Positions 41,847 to 49,884 of a DNA stretch of 64,000 bases are shown here, piece by piece. The DNA is taken from the NCBI GenBank assembly GCA_902793315.1, contig CADBCT010000002.1, positions 2,973 through 66,972 of the forward strand, given 5' to 3'. The notes beneath the pieces are model-generated. The model saw only the letters and a list, made by a program, of their open reading frames with translations, ran no database searches and had not been told where the DNA came from. The position numbers were made by a program, and so were the translations under genes. Source of the DNA: an uncultured Erysipelotrichaceae bacterium. Its GTDB lineage: Bacteria > Bacillota_I > Bacilli_A > RF39 > UBA660. Positions within the stretch are counted from its first letter, which is position 1, and each line of letters starts with the position of its first letter.

Positions 41847-43121
41847 CTAGTCCTTGAAGTCAAAATAGAAATCTAATATTCTTACTTGATCTCCTTCTTT
41901 TGCTCCCATTTCTATTAATTTATTATCTATTCCCATTTTTCTTAGTTTTTTAGCAAATCTATAAACTGCTTCATCACTAGAAAATTTAGTCATTTTAAAG
42001 ATTCGTTCTACTTCTTTACCAGAAATAGCCCATAAACCATCTCCTTCTTTAGTAATAGTAAATGGTTCTTCTTTCTTAAATTTATATAAAACATGACTTT
42101 CTATTTGTGATTCATCATATAATGGATTATTTGGTATTGTGTCTAGTAAATCTGCTAGATAGTCAATAACTACTTGTAATCCTGTATTAGTAGCTGCGCT
42201 AACTTCAAATATTTTACAATCCACTTTCTTTTTAAACTCTTTCAAGTTATCTTTTGCTTCTGGTAAATCCATTTTATTAGCAATAACAATCATTGGTTTT
42301 TTCATTAATTTTTCATTAAACGCTTCCAATTCTTTATTAATTACTAAGTAATCTTCATATGGATCACGCATTTCACTACCAGCCATATCAATAACATGAG
42401 CAATTACTCTTGTTCTTTCGATATGTTTTAAAAACTTATCTCCTAATCCTTCTCCAAGGCTTGCTCCTTCAATTAGTCCTGGTAAATCAGCCATAACAAA
42501 ACTACGACCATCACTACTCTTAACTACTCCTAAATTAGGATTAAGAGTTGTAAAGTGATAGGCAGCTATTTTAGGCTTAGACTTAGATACGCAAGAGATA
42601 ATGGTACTTTTACCAACGCTTGGTAATCCTACTAAGCCAACATCAGCAAGTAGTTTTACTTCTACCTTTAAATCCTTATGTTCTCCCTCTTCTCCTTTTT
42701 CAGAATAATCAGGAGCAGTATTTGTTTGGGTTTTAAAAGCAGTATTACCTCTACCACCACGTCCACCTTTAGCAATTACTTCTTCTTGATTTTTATGTGA
42801 TAAATCAGCAATTACTAGATTAGTATCTAAATCAGTTACTACTGTTCCTAATGGTACTTTTACTATTAATGGTTCAGCACCCTTACCATGTTGATTTTTA
42901 CCACGGCCATTTTCACCATTATTACCTTTAATAGTCTTTTGATATCTCAAATCCAATAATGTATGGAGTCCTTCATCAACTTTAAAAATAATATCAGCAC
43001 CATGGCCACCATTTCCACCATATGGTCCACCCATTGCTACATATTTTTCTCTTCTAAATGCTGTACAACCATCTCCACCATTTCCGGCTTCTACTTTAAT
43101 TTCTACTTCATCTACAAACAT
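41847..43121 (-). CDS. obg: GTPase Obg/CgtA
   Basis: Gly-rich Obg fold (GGNGGHGADIIF), G1 GLPSVGKST, G3 DLPGLIEGA, G4 NKMD, and a C-terminal OCT domain. Confidence 0.95.
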   Translation of the reverse strand: MFVDEVEIKVEAGNGGDGCTAFRREKYVAMGGPYGGNGGHGADIIFKVDEGLHTLLDLRYQKTIKGNNGENGRGKNQHGKGAEPLIVKVPLGTVVTDLDTNLVIADLSHKNQEEVIAKGGRGGRGNTAFKTQTNTAPDYSEKGEEGEHKDLKVEVKLLADVGLVGLPSVGKSTIISCVSKSKPKIAAYHFTTLNPNLGVVKSSDGRSFVMADLPGLIEGASLGEGLGDKFLKHIERTRVIAHVIDMAGSEMRDPYEDYLVINKELEAFNEKLMKKPMIVIANKMDLPEAKDNLKEFKKKVDCKIFEVSAATNTGLQVVIDYLADLLDTIPNNPLYDESQIESHVLYKFKKEEPFTITKEGDGLWAISGKEVERIFKMTKFSSDEAVYRFAKKLRKMGIDNKLIEMGAKEGDQVRILDFYFDFKD

Positions 43122-43131
43122 AATATCACCT

Positions 43132-44442
43132 CTACGCTGCCATTAAATTAGATACTTGAGGCTGAATTTCCTGACTTCTAGTTCTTCTAATTTTATCGAG
43201 ATAATCTTTAGTAACTGTCATAATTCTTACACCAGTTACAGTATTTTTATTATTTTCACTTTGTAATTCTTCTAACCTCTTTTGTGCTTTTTCTATTCTT
43301 TTACGATAACGAGAACCTTGTATATCATAGATTTTATCTTGAATACGATCAACTAATTTATCAGGATTTAGCATTGACCTTAATTCTTCATTTACAGCCA
43401 AACTATCTTCATTAGAAGATATTATTCCGGCTTGTTTTGAAGTTTTACTTCTACCTTTCATTTCATCCTTATATCCAGGCTGCATCATATGACCTTCTTG
43501 ACCAGTTAAGGACTTATCACTAATTTTTAATTCAATGTTCTTTGCTTGTAATTTTTTTAATAATTTTTTGTTTTCACGAAGATCTTTTCTACTAGTTAAT
43601 GTATTACGAATTCTTTTTAATTCAGCTATTTCTTGTTCATATTGATTAATTTGATCTACATTTTTACTGTGTTTAGCATCCATTTCCTCTAGTTTTCCCT
43701 CTACTTCAGCAGATAGTTTAGTTCTTCCTTGAGGATTATTAATTTGTTCTTTTAAGGCATTAATTTCAATTTCAAAACCTTTTATAGCTTCAGTAGTACG
43801 TCCAGTAAGATCATATTTTTCTCTTTTTCTTAATTTATCTAGCTTTTTATCTATTTTATTAATCCTATCCTGCATTATAGCAATATATTCATTATCTGAT
43901 CCTTTTAAAGGCTTCTTTTCTTCTACTGTTTTTCCTGATATACCACCAGCAGCTGCTACTTCTTTTTTCTTCTTTTCTTCTTCGGTTTCTTCAGCTTGAG
44001 GATTATTTTTACTAGCAGCTTTTTTATTTTCATTATCATCTTTTGTATCAGCATTTTCAGTTTTTTGAACACCATCTGACCCTTTAACAGCTTCTTCAAT
44101 AACTTCCTCACGTTCAGCTAGCATTTTATCTATACTTTTTATTCCCTTTTCACTAACTATACCATTTTCATTATCATATTTTAAATGTTCAAGAATTTCG
44201 TTCATATATTCATCATATATACCTTTATCGTATTCTGTATCACTCTTTAACTTTTCAACTTCTTTTAACAATTTTTCATAATTTTTAATAGCCTCATTCA
44301 TTGCATCAATATCAGATTTTAATACTTTGGCATCATAACTATTTGTGCTTTCCATCTGATCATATTGTTCCTGCATTTTATCACGCTTATCCTTTAAATT
44401 ATCAAGTAGCTTCTTAGCGTCAAACATCTTTACTTCTTCCAT
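43132..44442 (-). CDS. Hypothetical K/E-rich coiled-coil protein
   Basis: 436 aa with heptad-like charged sequence throughout. Its start overlaps the DUF1292 stop (TAATG). Confidence 0.5.
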   Translation of the reverse strand: MEEVKMFDAKKLLDNLKDKRDKMQEQYDQMESTNSYDAKVLKSDIDAMNEAIKNYEKLLKEVEKLKSDTEYDKGIYDEYMNEILEHLKYDNENGIVSEKGIKSIDKMLAEREEVIEEAVKGSDGVQKTENADTKDDNENKKAASKNNPQAEETEEEKKKKEVAAAGGISGKTVEEKKPLKGSDNEYIAIMQDRINKIDKKLDKLRKREKYDLTGRTTEAIKGFEIEINALKEQINNPQGRTKLSAEVEGKLEEMDAKHSKNVDQINQYEQEIAELKRIRNTLTSRKDLRENKKLLKKLQAKNIELKISDKSLTGQEGHMMQPGYKDEMKGRSKTSKQAGIISSNEDSLAVNEELRSMLNPDKLVDRIQDKIYDIQGSRYRKRIEKAQKRLEELQSENNKNTVTGVRIMTVTKDYLDKIRRTRSQEIQPQVSNLMAA

Positions 44443-44699
44443 TATAAATCACCCATTTCATCAACTGCTTCTTGAACTACTTTCCATTCTAATTCATCAG
44501 TAATATCATTTAAATTAAAACCAGTATCTGTTCTTTCTAAAGTTGAAACATATACTTCAACATTATTATTATCAACTTCTTTATTCATTGTATATAGGAT
44601 ATACTCTTTATCTTCATAACCATCTACGGTAAATATATCTAATACTTCTACTTCTAGTTCTTCTCCATTAGAATTAATTACTTTTATAAGATTTTCCAT
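44442..44699 (-). CDS. DUF1292-like small acidic protein
   Basis: MENLIKVINSNGEELEVEVLDIFTVDGYEDKEYILYT is typical of the family. ATG at 44699 has SD AGGTGA. Confidence 0.65.
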   Translation of the reverse strand: MENLIKVINSNGEELEVEVLDIFTVDGYEDKEYILYTMNKEVDNNNVEVYVSTLERTDTGFNLNDITDELEWKVVQEAVDEMGDL

Positions 44700-44747
44700 A
44701 TACATCACCTAGTATAATTTTATCATAAAAATCATGACAATGTCTAT

Positions 44748-44773
44748 AAATAAAAAAGAGCCTAATGGCTCTT
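44748..44773 (-). terminator. Rho-independent terminator after rpmA
   Basis: AAGAGCC-ATTA-GGCTCTT followed by TTTTATTTAT on the minus strand. Confidence 0.8.
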
Positions 44774-44776
44774 GAA

Positions 44777-45065
44777 TTATTCTCCTACTGGATAAACTGA
44801 AGCTTGCTTTCTATCTCTTCCTAAGCGTTCAAATTTAACAATTCCATCGATTGTAGAATAAATTGTATCATCTTTTCCACGACGAGTATTAGTTCCAGGG
44901 AACACTCTAGTTCCTCTTTGACGATATATAATTGAACCAGCTGTGATAAATTCACCATCAGCTGCTTTAGCTCCAAGTCTACGTCCTGCAGAATCACGAC
45001 CATTAGGTTGATCCTTGCCCTTTGTGGTGAGCAAATAATTGAATATCTAATTTTAAAAATTTCAT
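44777..45065 (-). CDS. rpmA: 50S ribosomal protein L27, reading frame disrupted between the N-terminal propeptide and the body
   Basis: ATG at 45065 (SD TAAGGAGGA) gives [20 protein letters not shown], then TAA at 45005..45003. The conserved body [19 protein letters not shown]...VYPVGE continues in the +1 frame from 45004. The track only reports a TTG-started ORF for the body. Confidence 0.8.
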
Positions 45066-45076
45066 AATTCTCCTCC

Positions 45077-45379
45077 TTACTTAACTTCAATATTATCTGG
45101 ATATTTTTCTTCCAGTTCTTTTAAAAGTCTAACCATGTTATTAATTAGTACTTGTGTAGTATGATCATCATTCTTTAAATCAATAGTCATACCTTTTTTA
45201 CCAATTAAATAACTTAGACTACCCTTATCAAGTGCTAGTATTCCATTAATAGTTGTAATAACTATACTACTACATGCACTACAGACAATATCTTTGCCAT
45301 AATCATCATACATAGCATGACCAAGAATTGTAATCTTTTTATATTTTCTATTTTCTTTTATTACGTTAACAGTAATCAT
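45077..45379 (-). CDS. prp: Ribosomal-processing cysteine protease Prp (YsxB family)
   Basis: 100 aa lying between rplU and rpmA. The conserved His/Cys context is ILGHAMYDDYGKDIVCSACSS. Confidence 0.85.
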   Translation of the reverse strand: MITVNVIKENRKYKKITILGHAMYDDYGKDIVCSACSSIVITTINGILALDKGSLSYLIGKKGMTIDLKNDDHTTQVLINNMVRLLKELEEKYPDNIEVK

Positions 45380-45381
45380 AA

Positions 45382-45684
45382 TTATCCATTAATCTTAGTG
45401 ATTTTAATTTTAGTATAAGGTTGTCTATGTCCTTGTTTTTTACGGTTAGATCTATTCTTATTCTTATATTTGAAGATCTTAATCTTCTTATTCTTACCAT
45501 TCTTTAGAACTTCTCCTTGAACAGTAACATTAGTTAGATAAGGATTTCCAACTTTTGAATCAACCATTAATACTTGATCAAAATTTACTACATCACCTTC
45601 AGCACATTCTAATTTTTCAACAAAAATTTCTGAACCTTCAGTAACATAGTATTGCTTACCACCAACTTTAACTACAGCAGTCAT
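45382..45684 (-). CDS. rplU: 50S ribosomal protein L21
   Basis: MTAVVKVGGKQYYVTEGSEIFVEKL... with SD AAGGAGGT. Confidence 0.95.
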   Translation of the reverse strand: MTAVVKVGGKQYYVTEGSEIFVEKLECAEGDVVNFDQVLMVDSKVGNPYLTNVTVQGEVLKNGKNKKIKIFKYKNKNRSNRKKQGHRQPYTKIKITKING

Positions 45685-45777
45685 ATTTTACCTCCTTTTT
45701 TTAATACAAGACTCGCTCTTAAGGTACACATACGTGTTTTTACCTTTTCAATGCGGTTTGAGCATGAGGCGTCAAAC
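45685..45777 (-). ncRNA. Structured 5' leader of the rplU-prp-rpmA operon (candidate L21-leader type element)
   Basis: About 90 nt lie between the predicted promoter and the SD. They contain imperfect hairpins, for example GGTAAAAACACGTATGTGTACC. L21 leaders are known upstream of this operon in Firmicutes. The fold was not verified. Confidence 0.35.
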
Positions 45778-45783
45778 ATATAG

Positions 45784-45812
45784 ATTGTATCATGAACAAC
45801 CAATATTGTCAA
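45784..45812 (-). promoter_or_regulatory. Sigma-A promoter of the rplU operon
   Basis: Minus strand has TTGACA (45812..45807), a 17-nt spacer, then TACAAT (45789..45784). Confidence 0.7.
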
Positions 45813-45832
45813 TTTATTTATGTTATATCACA

Positions 45833-46960
45833 CTATTTAGTAGTGTTTTCAAGAATATATTTCATATAATCTGTACATTTACTATCATTTTCTTTATCAA
45901 TATCCATTTTTATTAAAGTCATACTTTCATTATCAGCATAGATATAATAATATATTTTCTTGTTTTCATCATAATGTACTTGATACTCAATATCATTATG
46001 AGTTTCTGATTTTAATTCAGTAAGTAATGGATATGATTTTTTCAAATACTCTAATCCTACTGATTGCATTGTTTTAATAGAATCTAAATGATTTTCTGTC
46101 GTTTTTACTATTGAAAAAGTACATACATTACTATCATCAGATACTTTAGCTAAACCTTCTATATAGTAATAATCTTCTTCTTGGTATTTTGCTTCACTAT
46201 AAGGTCTTTCTATGTCTTTAAAATCTTTTGGTATTGCAACCTTTAATCCAAAATCTTTGTCTGCTACAGCATCATTCTTTTTTTCAAAATTATATCCATT
46301 TATACTATATGATAATACGCCAATTAGAGCCAAGACAACAAATGCTTTTGGATCTACTCCACCCATTTGCATACATCTTTTCTTTTGTTCATTATAATCA
46401 TTAGTAGAAGCCATTATTTCTGCAACTGTTTTCTTACAATGCTCAAAATAATCTTTTTTAAATCTAGTTGCATAAATAACCGAAGCAATAAAATGAGCTA
46501 TACCTACTATTCCAATAAATAGTATGGAATTAAGATAAGTTGCAAATATAGTTAAAGCATTAAATATTAAGAAAAAAACTCCTTGTACATAGAATTTTCT
46601 ATATATTAAATAAACAGATGGAAAAAGAAGTGTTCCCCATGAAAAACCACCCTTCTCAAAGACCTGTAATTTATTACCTGTAAATAAATCCAATAGTTTT
46701 TCTTCTGGATTAATTACTTTTTCTTCTATTTCCACTTTTGTTGTAAGCATATTTTCATTTTCTAATGGATTGCCTTCCGGTCTAAGTGCTTTTGATTCGT
46801 CAGCAACAGTTCCTGTTTCTACCATATTATTCGCTGGTTTTGATGTTTCAACTACAGGTTCATTTAATACCTGCTGTGTTTCATTTTGTTGTGGTTTTTC
46901 TTTTTCACTAGTACCATATATATCTAACAAACTATTACTTTCATTTTTATTATCATTCAT
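45833..46960 (-). CDS. Hypothetical membrane protein (disordered N-terminus, DUF2628-like TM core, C-terminal ectodomain)
   Basis: Start is at the ATG at 46960 (SD AGAGGTG). GGFSWGTLLFPSVYLIYRKFYVQGVFFLIFNAL resembles DUF2628-type membrane segments. Confidence 0.5.
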   Translation of the reverse strand: MNDNKNESNSLLDIYGTSEKEKPQQNETQQVLNEPVVETSKPANNMVETGTVADESKALRPEGNPLENENMLTTKVEIEEKVINPEEKLLDLFTGNKLQVFEKGGFSWGTLLFPSVYLIYRKFYVQGVFFLIFNALTIFATYLNSILFIGIVGIAHFIASVIYATRFKKDYFEHCKKTVAEIMASTNDYNEQKKRCMQMGGVDPKAFVVLALIGVLSYSINGYNFEKKNDAVADKDFGLKVAIPKDFKDIERPYSEAKYQEEDYYYIEGLAKVSDDSNVCTFSIVKTTENHLDSIKTMQSVGLEYLKKSYPLLTELKSETHNDIEYQVHYDENKKIYYYIYADNESMTLIKMDIDKENDSKCTDYMKYILENTTK

Positions 46961-47030
46961 AAAAACACCTCTATTATAATATATCATATTTTAATCTAGA
47001 AAAAATAAAAAAAGTATCAATTGATACTTT

Positions 47031-48860
47031 TTATTTATGATATACACTGCCAGTTAATTCTTTAATAATACCATTATATTCATCAATACTTAAAGGCATT
47101 TCACTGAATAAAGCATTGTACATAGAATTTCCGTTTTCTAATAATCTATTAACTTTATTAATAGATACTAAATTACCATTAATATTATAAGTTCTTAAAC
47201 CATCACGATATTCATCTAAATTAATTGAATCTAAATCTACTTTATTATTCAATTCTACTTTATTAGGAATAAATTCCTCTAATTCTTCATCAGCTATATA
47301 AAATCTTTTAGTAAGTACTTTATCTAATTCATCTTTACTATCTATATGAGTTTCAAATGCTTTTAAAGCTTCTAATCTTAATAATTTATCACTATTAAGA
47401 ATATTTAAATCATTCTCTAAAAAACTCTCATAACCCAATTCAATTAATCTATCAATAATTAAAACCAAATTATTATTAGTTAAAAATTTATAATTACTAG
47501 TTGTTTTTAAAGAATTAAGTAAATTATAAGTATTTAGTATTTCTAAATTATCTTTTAATAAATTAGAATACATAAACATAATTCCAATTGATTCAAAGAA
47601 AATACTAGGATTAATATTATAACTATACAATACTTCTAAATTATTAGTATAAGCTTGATACTTAGAAGAATTTTTATAAAACAAATCATTATTTTTAATA
47701 ATAAATTCTAAACTCAAATAACCCTTATCAACAAATTCTTTGATTTGTAACACTTGTTTTAAATCACTATTTCTTAATACTTTAATTGTTTGATCAACAC
47801 TTAAATTAAACTTAGAAATAATTTTTAACATACTTTCTACATCTTCTAAGCTATTATTCATAATTCTTTCAATATCATGCAAACCATTAGTAATGCCATA
47901 ATCATGTAATAATGCTTGATATTTAAGTTTATTGTTCTTATTTAAATGTTGTAGTTCATTATTTAATTTTTCATAATACTTATTATTATGTTCATTAATT
48001 AATTCTAAAACAGCATATTTAATATTTAAATCTTTAATCTTACTAACTATTTCACGAGCATTAGTTACTTCATCAGTTGATAATCCTTTATCAAGTAATT
48101 CTAATGCAGTATCAATATTAAATAATTCTTTATTATTATTTCTAACAAATTGCTTTTCTTTTCTTTCTTCTTCATCAACAAATGTTCTTATTCTATTAAC
48201 ATCTTTAAAGAGTCTAGAAACATCATAATTGTCACGATAAACCTTTTTTAATAATAAACTCTTTTCTTTTTCCTTAAGTCTTAAATCATCTAGTTCGTTA
48301 GCAACATACTCTGCTTCACTTTTCATTGTTCGATATGCCATATAGGCAACTATTAATTGTAAGAAATTAGATTCTTGTTCTTTATAAAACTCAAAGTAAT
48401 TAGCCAAATCAATATCTTTACAGTTATCAACCTTTTTTATATCCTTGAGAATTTTAAAATATGATCTATCTTCTTCAATTAAACCAGATACACCAAGTGC
48501 TGCTTTAAAAATATTTTTTTCTTTTAAATAATTAATTATTTCATCAATGTTATCGGCAGCATCAATATTTATCGTCAATTGAATAAAGTCATGAAGATTG
48601 TCTATTTCACTAATTTCTAAAAAAAATCTAAATGATTCAAATCTATCATCTATTTCTTCAATACTCCATTTACTACCATTAAGATAGTATGCACATTTCA
48701 TGTATTCAAAAATATCAACATCAATAAAATCTTCTATTCTAGAAATATCATTATTTTCTAAATACTTTTTACAATAATCATAACGATAGTCTTTTTCATA
48801 TGGTCTAGTTAATTCTTCTTTTCTTATATCAACTAACTCAGTAATTCTTTCTCTAGTCAT
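47031..48860 (-). CDS. Hypothetical all-helical repeat protein (609 aa)
   Basis: Overlaps the upstream ORF by 8 nt, with SD AAGGTGA inside that gene. The C-terminal half shows about 30-35-aa helical repeats. The family is not recognised. Confidence 0.5.
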   Translation of the reverse strand: MTRERITELVDIRKEELTRPYEKDYRYDYCKKYLENNDISRIEDFIDVDIFEYMKCAYYLNGSKWSIEEIDDRFESFRFFLEISEIDNLHDFIQLTINIDAADNIDEIINYLKEKNIFKAALGVSGLIEEDRSYFKILKDIKKVDNCKDIDLANYFEFYKEQESNFLQLIVAYMAYRTMKSEAEYVANELDDLRLKEKEKSLLLKKVYRDNYDVSRLFKDVNRIRTFVDEEERKEKQFVRNNNKELFNIDTALELLDKGLSTDEVTNAREIVSKIKDLNIKYAVLELINEHNNKYYEKLNNELQHLNKNNKLKYQALLHDYGITNGLHDIERIMNNSLEDVESMLKIISKFNLSVDQTIKVLRNSDLKQVLQIKEFVDKGYLSLEFIIKNNDLFYKNSSKYQAYTNNLEVLYSYNINPSIFFESIGIMFMYSNLLKDNLEILNTYNLLNSLKTTSNYKFLTNNNLVLIIDRLIELGYESFLENDLNILNSDKLLRLEALKAFETHIDSKDELDKVLTKRFYIADEELEEFIPNKVELNNKVDLDSINLDEYRDGLRTYNINGNLVSINKVNRLLENGNSMYNALFSEMPLSIDEYNGIIKELTGSVYHK

Positions 48861-49806
48861 GATTATTCACCTTCTTTAATTCTACTTCAGCTTCTTTAGG
48901 ACTAATTAAGTTGAATAATTCTTCTACATATAAATCATTTAATTCCATAAATTCTTTATCTTTAATCTTTTCTTTTAATTTAGCTTCATTCTCTTTAAAA
49001 TGACTAACTTTTCTAGTTAAAGTATCTTTATATAATTTATCAGTATCAGTCTTTTTAACAAAGGCAGTAATCAAACCATATGTATTTTTATCTAACCTCG
49101 AAAATACTACTCTAGTTTTAAATCCTTTTACTTCTGAAATACCTGTTAAATGATAATTACTTGTAAAAGTTTTAACATTTTTAAAAGTACCATTAATAAT
49201 TGAATTAATTAACTCTAAGAAAGAATCATAATAGTCACTAGGAATATGTTCTAATTCATCAATTACACGAATATTACCGCTAATAGTAGGTATTAAGACA
49301 ATTCTATTTTTATGTTCTTGTACTTCTACTATTTCTTCTTTATTCATAAATTCTCTTATATATTTAATCTTTGTTTGTTCTTTGTTAATCAAATCTTTAC
49401 ATTCAATTAATTCTTCTTTAGATAAAGAATCATCTAATAAAAATTCATTAATTTCTTTTATTTCTTTATAAGATTCAGCTATTAAACGATTAATAATATC
49501 TTCGTAGTAATAATTATCTTTAGTGGGCAAAATATTAATAATATCTTCATAAGTAAAATTATCATCTAATGTTTTATAATTATCTAAATAAAATGATATT
49601 TCATCATTAAAATCATCATCTTCTAATACTATTTCTGATGATGCTACTAATTTTAAATCATTTGAATTATCAATACTTTCTTCAATAGTATCACTATGTA
49701 AATGTTTTTTTAGTCTTGATAGTTCTGATCTTTTTAAACGTGCTTCTTTACAACCTGATTCAATTACTTTAAGTAAATCATTAATATCTTTTTCCGTAAT
49801 AGCCAT
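48853..49806 (-). CDS. Hypothetical protein with a C-terminal RelE/Gp49(HigB)-like region
   Basis: ATG at 49806 has SD AGGGGTGA. The C-terminal GISEVKGFKTRVVFSRLDKNTYGLITAFVKKTDTDKLYKD resembles the (E)LR..yRi.f......i.l...F.KKt.k core of Gp49/HigB-type toxins. This is weak, by-eye evidence. Confidence 0.45.
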   Translation of the reverse strand: MAITEKDINDLLKVIESGCKEARLKRSELSRLKKHLHSDTIEESIDNSNDLKLVASSEIVLEDDDFNDEISFYLDNYKTLDDNFTYEDIINILPTKDNYYYEDIINRLIAESYKEIKEINEFLLDDSLSKEELIECKDLINKEQTKIKYIREFMNKEEIVEVQEHKNRIVLIPTISGNIRVIDELEHIPSDYYDSFLELINSIINGTFKNVKTFTSNYHLTGISEVKGFKTRVVFSRLDKNTYGLITAFVKKTDTDKLYKDTLTRKVSHFKENEAKLKEKIKDKEFMELNDLYVEELFNLISPKEAEVELKKVNNHD

Positions 49807-49830
49807 AATCTCACCCCTAAAACTGGACAT

Positions 49831-49859
49831 ATTATATCATAAAACTCATTATTTTTCAA
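49831..49859 (-). promoter_or_regulatory. Sigma-A promoter of the two-gene module downstream of addA
   Basis: Minus strand has TTGAAA (49859..49854), a 17-nt spacer, then TATAAT (49836..49831), directly after the addA terminator. Confidence 0.65.
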
Positions 49860-49861
49860 GC

Positions 49862-49884
49862 AAAAGGACCATTATTGGTCCTTT
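49862..49884 (-). terminator. Terminator after addA
   Basis: AAAGGACC-AATAAT-GGTCCTTT followed by TGCTTG on the minus strand. The addA stop lies in the loop. Confidence 0.6.

Noticed and set aside
43132-44442. The 436-aa coiled-coil protein as a Spo0B equivalent, since it occupies the rpmA-obg slot that holds spo0B in Bacillus.
   Set aside because: I see no recognisable Spo0B/HisKA-like His-containing helix or ATP-lid remnant. Positional analogy alone is insufficient. It is mentioned only as context for the HPt-REC finding.
45003-45010. Programmed +1 ribosomal frameshift in rpmA (prfB-like: in-frame stop, SD-like AAGGA upstream).
   Set aside because: Not adopted as the main explanation. The ACC to CCU re-pairing for tRNA-Thr is poor, and the shifted product would lack one residue of the conserved GST-x-NGRDS arm. 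The SD-like bases are simply the Gly codon context. An indel or sequence error is more parsimonious. It is kept as a caveat in the finding.
44821-45090. 89-aa ORF ([32 protein letters not shown]...) overlapping rpmA and the end of prp.
   Set aside because: It is the third reading frame across rpmA. Its ATG lies inside prp and its sequence contains the rpmA SD. The translation has no protein-like features, whereas the other two frames carry the L27 propeptide and the L27 body.
45734-45916. 60-aa plus-strand ORF spanning the rplU leader and the end of the upstream membrane-protein gene.
   Set aside because: It runs antisense through a promoter/leader region and a gene end. It has no SD and its translation is junk.
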